Made by a program: the position numbers and the translations under genes
In this document: positions 57,460 through 64,000 of the stretch, in pieces
Position numbering within the stretch: the stretch's first letter is position 1
How the letters are laid out: every line of letters begins with the position of its first letter
The notes under the pieces: generated by a model
What the model was told of the DNA's origin: nothing
The model's database searches: none
What the model saw: only the letters and a program-made list of their open reading frames with translations
Assembly (NCBI GenBank): GCA_964549165.1
Contig: CAZJUH010000001.1
Location: 863-64,862, forward strand
From: an uncultured Gammaproteobacteria bacterium
GTDB lineage: Bacteria; Patescibacteriota; Microgenomatia; UBA12405
Direction: 5' to 3'
Length of the DNA: 64,000 bases

Positions 57460-59217
57460 TCACAATTTTTCCAGTTCGTTTTGCCACTCTTCAATCGTCT
57501 TAAAACTCTTTTGCCAAAACTTAGGCGAGCCAATATCAACTCCAGCTCTTTTTAAGACTATTTGCGGATCCTCACTCCCACCGCTCTCCAAAATATTTTC
57601 TATTATTTTTATCCATTTCTTAGGTTCTTTTTTGTAGTTGGCAAAGAGAGCATATGACACCAGTTCGCCAAAATTATAGGCGTAGCAGTAAAAAGGACTT
57701 TCAAAAATATGGGAAATATAGCTCCATTCATATTTAAACAAGGGGTCAATCTGAACACTGCCTCCAAACTGTTCTTTTAAAGTTTTTAAGTAGAGTTTTG
57801 ACAAGTTTTCACTACTTATCCCTTTTTCAATCTCCTCGTGGGCTTCGATTTCAAATTTAATAAAATAATTTTGTCGACAAATCGTAGCGTAGGCATCGGC
57901 CATTTTATCTGACAGCCATGCCCTTTTTATTTCTTTGTCTTGTTCGCTCTTCATCATTTTTTCAAATAAAATAAGTTCTGAGAGGGTGGAGGCTGTTTCC
58001 GCCAGGGGTAAATTTGCTTGTTGGCTTGAAGGGTAGTGTTTGTTGGCGTAGAGTGAATGAATTCCGTGTCCCAGCTCATGAGCCAGAGTACTAATATCTC
58101 GAGATTTACCGGTAAAATTTAAAAGTATGTATGGTGTAATTTTCGGGGCCACGGTGGCACAAAAGGCTCCGCCTCTCTTGTTTTTGCCGGGCATCACATC
58201 AATATGATTTTCTTCAATAATTTTTTTGGCTTTACTTTCAAAATCCGGTGAAAATTCTTTTAGAGTACTCAGTACTTGCCTCTTTGCTTCTTCATAAGTT
58301 ATCTTTTTATCTTTACTTTGGAGTGGGGCGTAAATATCAAAGCGCCTAAGCTTTTTCAGTCCGAGCTCCTTTGCCTTCCACTTAAAATATCTTTGAAAAA
58401 TATCAATATTATTACTACAGACCTTTAGTAGGCTCTCTACCGCCGCGTCAGGAACATGGTTAGCCCAGTTTCTTACTGAGAAAGGGGACCTGTGGCCTCG
58501 TAGTCTGGCTTCGTAGCCCCAGTCTTTGACGATTCCCTGATAAATTGCAAAGAATTTATCTAAATGATCCTTCTGTTTTTTTAATAATGTCTTATAAGCT
58601 CCCTCTCTAATTTTAGCTTTTGGATTATAAACCAAAGCCAAAAGTTCCGACTGAGATTTAATATGTTTAATTTTATTACCTACTTTAAGGTCATATTCAA
58701 ATTCGGTTTCAATCATTTCTCTCAACTCTCCGAGTACCCCCACTCCATTGACATCTTTGTGGTCAATTATCTGTTCTTCTCTTTCGTTGAGGCTGTACCT
58801 TGCCCCTTCACGGCTTCTTTTAAGGCCATATTCGAGATCAGGTATAGTCGAAAAAAGTCTTTTTGCGTTTGTATCGTCGAGCAATGGTTCTCTTTTTCCT
58901 TGTAACCACAAACCCAGTTTTGTGGCAATATCGCTAATTTTTAAACCGAGATTATCAATCCGGCTTTTCATTAGCTTTGCTTTTTGATTTTTTTGATCGA
59001 CTGCCTCTATTAGTTCCGGAAGATAGGCCAGTTTAGCCACTTTTACTCCCATTTTTTCGTTGAATTCTAGCATCTCTCCAAATTCCTTCTGGCTCATCGC
59101 CGGCTTCACTCTTTCAACCCATTTCTCCAGTGTTTTAATTTCGCTCTCAATCTCATTATATAAATCATCAAATTTATCTATTGGCATTATGTCGTCAAGA
59201 TTCCATTTCATGTCCAT
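57460..59217 (-). CDS. pepF: M3B oligoendopeptidase F
   Basis: KRGGAF, TLAHELGH, AETAS, FYCYAY. Confidence 0.9.
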   Translation of the reverse strand: MDMKWNLDDIMPIDKFDDLYNEIESEIKTLEKWVERVKPAMSQKEFGEMLEFNEKMGVKVAKLAYLPELIEAVDQKNQKAKLMKSRIDNLGLKISDIATKLGLWLQGKREPLLDDTNAKRLFSTIPDLEYGLKRSREGARYSLNEREEQIIDHKDVNGVGVLGELREMIETEFEYDLKVGNKIKHIKSQSELLALVYNPKAKIREGAYKTLLKKQKDHLDKFFAIYQGIVKDWGYEARLRGHRSPFSVRNWANHVPDAAVESLLKVCSNNIDIFQRYFKWKAKELGLKKLRRFDIYAPLQSKDKKITYEEAKRQVLSTLKEFSPDFESKAKKIIEENHIDVMPGKNKRGGAFCATVAPKITPYILLNFTGKSRDISTLAHELGHGIHSLYANKHYPSSQQANLPLAETASTLSELILFEKMMKSEQDKEIKRAWLSDKMADAYATICRQNYFIKFEIEAHEEIEKGISSENLSKLYLKTLKEQFGGSVQIDPLFKYEWSYISHIFESPFYCYAYNFGELVSYALFANYKKEPKKWIKIIENILESGGSEDPQIVLKRAGVDIGSPKFWQKSFKTIEEWQNELEKL

Positions 59218-59225
59218 ATTTTACT

Positions 59226-59888
59226 CTATCTCAGCCGAGCAAATTCTTCTATTAGTTTTTCTTTTTCACTTTTAGTTAATTTAAAATCGCCCTTCGTCTC
59301 GCCGTAGCTTTTTGCGGAGGCGGACCTTTGTCTATCAATTTCATACATCACTATCCCAGCAGTTACTGATATATTTAGACTCTGCACCATTCCCTTCATT
59401 GGGATATAAATTTTTTCGTCGGCTCCTTTTATGGCTTCTTCAGAAAGTCCTCGATGCTCGTTCCCTAGTACTATGGCAATTTTTTGAAGTTTGTCCGCCA
59501 AAGGCGGATCCGCCTCTGGCGGAAAGATTGTAGATTGAAGATTGATAGTCTCTTTGTCGAGAACTGTGGCATAAATTTTGTATCCGTTTTTTCGAAGCTG
59601 CCCATAGCATTCGTCAATATTTTTAAATATTTTAAAGCTCAGCCATTTGTTGGCGCTGGCCGAGGAGGCCTTGCCAATTTTTTTTGGATTAATGGCTTTT
59701 TCTTTTGAATAAACTAGATATATTTTTTGAAAGCCAAAGGCATCGGCGCTTCGCCACACCGCCGCCGCGTTATGCGGATCGGCAATATTTTCCAGTACTA
59801 TCACCCCTTCCTGTCGATTTTCAATCATTCTTTTAATTTTTCTTTGCCTCGCCGTAGCTTCAGCGTAGGCAGGTCCATTTTTTATCAT
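59226..59888 (-). CDS. trmH: SpoU/TrmH-family RNA methyltransferase
   Basis: LENIADPHNAAAVWRSADAFG, GNEHRGLS, IPMKGMVQSLNISV. Confidence 0.85.
   Translation of the reverse strand: MIKNGPAYAEATARQRKIKRMIENRQEGVIVLENIADPHNAAAVWRSADAFGFQKIYLVYSKEKAINPKKIGKASSASANKWLSFKIFKNIDECYGQLRKNGYKIYATVLDKETINLQSTIFPPEADPPLADKLQKIAIVLGNEHRGLSEEAIKGADEKIYIPMKGMVQSLNISVTAGIVMYEIDRQRSASAKSYGETKGDFKLTKSEKEKLIEEFARLR
59290..59326. repeat. Hairpin element family C, in frame in trmH
   Basis: cccttcgtctcgccgtagctttttgcggaggcggacc; SASAKSYGETKG. Confidence 0.75.
59494..59545. repeat. Family A double hairpin + heptamer run, in frame in trmH
   Basis: tccgccaaaggcggatccgcctctggcggaaagattgtagattgaagattga; INLQSTIFPPEADPPLAD. 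Confidence 0.85.
59846..59876. repeat. Hairpin element family C, in frame at trmH N-terminus
   Basis: gcctcgccgtagcttcagcgtaggcaggtcc; GPAYAEATAR. Confidence 0.75.
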
Positions 59889-61186
59889 TTCTTTTCCTCC
59901 GTGCTTTTTTCGAGTTCATAAAACACAATTTTTTCACTTAATTTTTCCCGTCTATTAACTTTAAATTTTCCAAGAGAACTAACTTCCCAAACTCTTTCCG
60001 TTTCTGGAGCTCTGTTTTCTGGTGCCACCAAAAATAATTTTTCCGCTTTGGGATATTCTTCCACCCCCATTGGATTACAATTCCTAATTTTTAATAAATA
60101 TCGGATATCATATGCTCTGGTATCTCCCTGAACTGTTGCCGCCACATTAAAGTTTTTTGGACAACCATCTTTAATTATTAAATCGGCTACTTTTTGTTGT
60201 TCTGTATAATTCCACCCTTCTATCACATCAAGCGGTGCATAACTAGAAATAAATTTAGTCTGAAGGCACCACGTTGCTCCTAAAATTACAACCAAAGCTA
60301 GACTTGCGACTTTATTGTTTTTTATTTTATTAATAAAAATTAATAAACTATATAGTCCAAAAATTAACAACGGAAAAACAAAATAATGAGGTGTTAACCC
60401 ATTTCCAGCTGACGAATTTATAAAGACTAAGAGGATTGTTTTTATATTATAAAAACCGTGTCGAATTTCAAAAACAAAAAAGGGTAAATTTCCCAGGATA
60501 AAACCGAAAAAAATGATTAAATAAGCTTTAACTTTTAGATACTGTTTTGATTTAACTAAAAGGTAAATAAAAAATATTCCCCAAAACACCGCGCTATAGT
60601 GGCAAGCAAAACCAAAACCCCAACAAAACGCTGTTAAAAATAAATACCCAAATCGTTTTTTTAATAAATATTTATCTCCAAAATATAAAACGAGTATTGA
60701 TAGGGGTACCAACAAATGTGGATTCCAATAAAATCGGCTGTGAGTAATCAAATAAGGGGATACTGATATCAACAAAAAAACTAAAAGTGCCCAAAAATAA
60801 TTAAATTTCTGTTTTAGAAAAAAGATAAAAAGCAAATAAAAACCAAGTTCTAAAAAAATAAAAATAATCGTAATTCTCAATGGGTTCCATTGTCCGATTA
60901 ATCCAATAATTCCCAAAACATAATAATAATTAGCCCCAATAAAAAACTGTCTCCCCATAAAAGTTTTTGAAGTTACCAAGGGTCCCACCAAGCTTATTTT
61001 TTTAGTGTCAAAAATTATTTTCGTTTCGAGCAAATGAATTCCTTGATCCAGTCGAAAGCCAATCAAATCATTTAATCGGTAAAGCCTCGCAAAAAGGTAT
61101 ACAAACGAAATTAGAATTAATCCGACAATAAAAACAATTTTTATCTTATTTATTTTCACTATTTTCTCTTCACTCTTATTGTGCAC
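59885..61186 (-). CDS. ArnT/GT39-like membrane glycosyltransferase (start uncertain)
   Basis: DQG, LVGP, SP..I.HSRFYWNP, multiple TMs. Confidence 0.7.
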   Translation of the reverse strand: MHNKSEEKIVKINKIKIVFIVGLILISFVYLFARLYRLNDLIGFRLDQGIHLLETKIIFDTKKISLVGPLVTSKTFMGRQFFIGANYYYVLGIIGLIGQWNPLRITIIFIFLELGFYLLFIFFLKQKFNYFWALLVFLLISVSPYLITHSRFYWNPHLLVPLSILVLYFGDKYLLKKRFGYLFLTAFCWGFGFACHYSAVFWGIFFIYLLVKSKQYLKVKAYLIIFFGFILGNLPFFVFEIRHGFYNIKTILLVFINSSAGNGLTPHYFVFPLLIFGLYSLLIFINKIKNNKVASLALVVILGATWCLQTKFISSYAPLDVIEGWNYTEQQKVADLIIKDGCPKNFNVAATVQGDTRAYDIRYLLKIRNCNPMGVEEYPKAEKLFLVAPENRAPETERVWEVSSLGKFKVNRREKLSEKIVFYELEKSTEEKK

Positions 61187-61422
61187 TCGGTCAGTAGGGC
61201 GGCGATGGCGCCGACAGCCGCCAAGGTGGGGAGTAAAGCCGCTCCAATTACTCCTGCGGTCAGAGGGAAGACCATAATGGTTTTTCCTTCTTTATTTTCT
61301 ATCGTAATTTCCCTGACATTGCCTTCTTTAATCAATTCCTTAATCTTTTTCAGCAGTTCCTCACCACTAACCCTAAATGAATCCTCACTTGCCTTAGTTT
61401 TTTTAGTTGCTTTTGTCGCCAT
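61159..61422 (-). CDS. DUF4342-like protein
   Basis: KIKELIKEGNVREI...PLTAGVIGA.L.P.LAAVGAIAAL. Confidence 0.8.
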   Translation of the reverse strand: MATKATKKTKASEDSFRVSGEELLKKIKELIKEGNVREITIENKEGKTIMVFPLTAGVIGAALLPTLAAVGAIAALLTECTIRVKRK

Positions 61423-61448
61423 ATCTTATTATAGTCTATAATTCTCTC

Positions 61449-61712
61449 ATGAAGAAAAATAAAGATTATTTAGTCTGGGGGATAACAGCGACTATTTCAT
61501 TTTTAATTCTGGCCGCTCTGGCTTATTGGAAAATTTCTCCCGCCACTTTCCGTGAATTTGACACTACCTGTCAGCATTTTAATTACCAAGATTGTATGCG
61601 CTGGTTTTATAATACGAAGCCTTATTTTCAAAAAGTTACTATCGGTAGTCTAATTCTCGCCTTTTTCTCCCTTATTACCACTTTTGTTTTCTATTTTAGG
61701 AAAAACAATTAA
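61449..61712 (+). CDS. Small two-TM hypothetical protein (start moved to ATG 61449)
   Basis: TATAAT just upstream; two TMs around a Cys pair. Confidence 0.55.
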   Translation: MKKNKDYLVWGITATISFLILAALAYWKISPATFREFDTTCQHFNYQDCMRWFYNTKPYFQKVTIGSLILAFFSLITTFVFYFRKNN

Positions 61713-61912
61713 AATCAATATATTACCGATAAATAGGCAAAGAAAAAAAAGTTAAACAACTTTGCAGTCAGTAAATCGAGCATCACTTTTTGGAATTTCC
61801 GGATACATGGGGTATTTTATACTCAAATATCGATAATAGCAAAAAAGTTATTTTGAAATTATGCTTATAAAATTATCTGCATACAGGTCTCAACTTTTCT
61901 ATTTCATTAATT

Positions 61913-62950
61913 CTAAAACTCAACAATAATTGTTTTATTTATTGAGTCGATATTCATCTTTTTACCAACAGGTAGGGCAATTTGTGGAGCCGTATGGCCG
62001 ATGTCAATGTTTTGAACAATAGGAATATTTTGATTATATTTTCGAACTGTTTCCAAAAACATTTTTCTTTGTCCCTGCTTATGTTTTTCTTTTTGTTCAT
62101 CAGTATTTGGTTTATCAAATTCCCAAGCTTTTGGTCGACCGACTAATAGCCCTTTAATATTTTTCAAAATTCCTCTTTCCCCTAATGCTCTTAATACTCG
62201 ACGAACATAATCATGATCGGGAATTTCTTCTGATGTTTCTATAAACAGAATTATATTTTCAAAATCTTGAAGAGTCGGGATTGCAGTACCATGACGCAAT
62301 AATTCATCAATTGATTCAAGGCAGCCACCCCAGGTAATCCCTTCAACGTTAGTTAATCCGTTCCAATGCCAACCATCATTATCTTGATACTTTCTTTTTT
62401 GAGTTAAGAGGGTGGGGTCATTCCAGTCTAAGCCAATGTCATTGAAAACAGGACTGGAGTCTAGATTAAATATTCCACTTTCAAATAAGGCACACCTTAG
62501 ATATTTTATTGTAAATTCATCCATTTCATTTTGCATGGCAAACTCGGTAAAGAGATGTCCACCATAAAATGAAGGAATGCCCGAGAGCCACAAAAAGTTA
62601 ATAAAATGAGTATTGTCGCTATAGCCAAAAAACGGTTTTGGATTATTTATAAATGGCTCCTTTGGTAGATTCTTTATGTAAGTTATTTGATCATCACCCC
62701 CAATTGAAGCAATGACAGCTTTAATTTCTTTGTTTTCAAAAGCGTCAATTAAATCTTTTGATCTTTCTTCTGTAGTGGCTCCAAGTTTTTTGGTAGCAGG
62801 AAACTCGACCGGTTCTAGACCAAAAACATCACGTAAACGCTGACAACCAAGTTCGTAAACATTAGGCCATTTCCCCGGTGCCGCAAATGATGGTGAAAGA
62901 ATGGCTACTTTGTCATCTCTTTTTAATTTTGGAAGCGTTACAAAATTCAT
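61913..62950 (-). CDS. S66 peptidase (LD-carboxypeptidase/MccF-like)
   Basis: IGGDD, GYSDNT, WGGCLE, IETSEE, DIGHT.PQ. Confidence 0.9.
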   Translation of the reverse strand: MNFVTLPKLKRDDKVAILSPSFAAPGKWPNVYELGCQRLRDVFGLEPVEFPATKKLGATTEERSKDLIDAFENKEIKAVIASIGGDDQITYIKNLPKEPFINNPKPFFGYSDNTHFINFLWLSGIPSFYGGHLFTEFAMQNEMDEFTIKYLRCALFESGIFNLDSSPVFNDIGLDWNDPTLLTQKRKYQDNDGWHWNGLTNVEGITWGGCLESIDELLRHGTAIPTLQDFENIILFIETSEEIPDHDYVRRVLRALGERGILKNIKGLLVGRPKAWEFDKPNTDEQKEKHKQGQRKMFLETVRKYNQNIPIVQNIDIGHTAPQIALPVGKKMNIDSINKTIIVEF

Positions 62951-62961
62951 ATTATAGTTTA

Positions 62962-63390
62962 TCACTTTACCTTATTTTCAATTAAATCTCGATAGTTTGA
63001 TAATGTAATTCTGGTTCCAGGAGAAAGCTTATTAGCCAATGCCTCATCTATAGTAAACCAGCCGATTTCCTGACCTTCGCCCTGACCCAGAACAAATTTT
63101 GCTTCTTCATCTTTTTCAACAAAAGCGACATACACCCAAACATCCTCACCCATTGATCCGGTGATTTTATTTATTAATTTATATTCTTTGAGATCATAAC
63201 TAGCCTCTTCTTTGACTTCACGAAGCAGGCCCTGCTCCGGCGTCTCGTCTTTTTCAATCCCTCCACCGACCAGCTGCCAACAATCAGGAAAGGGGATGGT
63301 GGGAATGTCGTCTCGGTGAAAAAGCAATATTTTATCCTGGCTAAAGATAATAACTTTCGCCCCGTTTTTGGGTTTAATAATTGATTTCAT
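62962..63390 (-). CDS. NUDIX hydrolase
   Basis: GGGIEKDETPEQGLLREVKEEA Nudix box. Confidence 0.9.
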   Translation of the reverse strand: MKSIIKPKNGAKVIIFSQDKILLFHRDDIPTIPFPDCWQLVGGGIEKDETPEQGLLREVKEEASYDLKEYKLINKITGSMGEDVWVYVAFVEKDEEAKFVLGQGEGQEIGWFTIDEALANKLSPGTRITLSNYRDLIENKVK

Positions 63391-63393
63391 TTT

Positions 63394-63801
63394 TTATTTT
63401 TCTGCGATTTCCTCAGAAAATCGTAACAGATATCCATCCGGATCTAAGACTAAAATTTCTCGGCATCCATATGATTTGTTTCCCGCCTTGTACCAGCTAT
63501 CTTTTATCCCTCTTTTAAGGGGATAATTATTTTTTGCCAGAGAATCAATAATTGAATGCACGTTTTTGGTCTCAATCTGAAAATTAATCCCTTTTTCAAA
63601 CGGATACTCTAGTTTTTCCAACTCTTTTTCTCCTGGTCTTAATTCTTGAATCATTATTTGACTACAGTTGTAGGACAAAAAAGCAAAGCTTGGGTTTTCT
63701 CTTTGATATTCGATCTTAAATCCGATTATATCAACGTAAAAATTTATACTTTTAGCAAAATCAGTAATCGAAAACTCGGTCAGTATTGGTAAAAATTTCA
63801 T
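63394..63801 (-). CDS. VOC/glyoxalase-bleomycin resistance family protein
   Basis: SINFYVDIIGF, DPDGYLLRF. Confidence 0.88.
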   Translation of the reverse strand: MKFLPILTEFSITDFAKSINFYVDIIGFKIEYQRENPSFAFLSYNCSQIMIQELRPGEKELEKLEYPFEKGINFQIETKNVHSIIDSLAKNNYPLKRGIKDSWYKAGNKSYGCREILVLDPDGYLLRFSEEIAEK

Positions 63802-63813
63802 AAACAATTATAA

Positions 63814-64000
63814 CTAATTTATCTCAACTCCAAACTCTCTCAGCAAAATCTCCATCTCTTGCATTTGGTTTGGAAATACAAGGTAATTTGAAAGCTCTTT
63901 TGGCAAAACCCACTTTATCTTTCTAATTTCTTCTGGCTCTGGCTTTAAATCTCCTTCTTCACCCAAAAATTTAACCAAAAATTGAGTTATTTCTTGTCCG
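63814..64000 (-). CDS. C-terminal part of RppH-like NUDIX hydrolase (truncated by window edge)
   Basis: Manual translation GQEITQFLVKFLGEEGDLKPEPEEIRKIKWV...EIN*. Confidence 0.55.
   Translation of the reverse strand, partial: GQEITQFLVKFLGEEGDLKPEPEEIRKIKWVLPKELSNYLVFPNQMQEMEILLREFGVEIN

Noticed and set aside
61713-61912. Possible pseudogene or attC site before the S66-NUDIX-VOC-NUDIX block
   Set aside because: Only short stop-interrupted frames; no recognisable homology or attC structure, no integrase
1-64000. tRNA, rRNA, transposase, integrase, reverse transcriptase
   Set aside because: None recognised; intergenic gaps are short and accounted for

Overview
AT-rich bacterial chromosome segment whose gene content points to a Patescibacteria (CPR, Microgenomates-like) genome; the taxon is inferred. 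Left to right it holds a cohesin and double-dockerin surface protein pair, a 7TM plus three ATP-grasp ligase operon, six tandem T4SS-type pilins with a VirB6-like gene, ftsH, polysaccharide genes, the jag-yidC-yidD-rnpA-rpmH / dnaA-dnaN cluster with DnaA boxes, a PrgI-VirB4-M23 operon, several toxin-antitoxin modules, a stand-alone 5'-3' exonuclease, trxB, mutM, and a CopY-type copper regulon with cop boxes. No rRNA, tRNA, CRISPR array, transposase or integrase was seen. The strongest unexplained signal is roughly 50 miniature hairpin or heptamer-repeat elements (counted by eye) from at least 8 families. Many sit in frame inside core genes (ftsH, yidC, mutM, trxB, copA, trmH, RimK-like, VirB4, PrgI). 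They show compensatory base changes, nesting and shared GA/GAA internal loops. At dnaN and trxB an element-disrupted duplicate of a gene terminus lies next to the intact copy. Also notable: the + strand stays C-rich on both sides of dnaA, and many genes appear leaderless.
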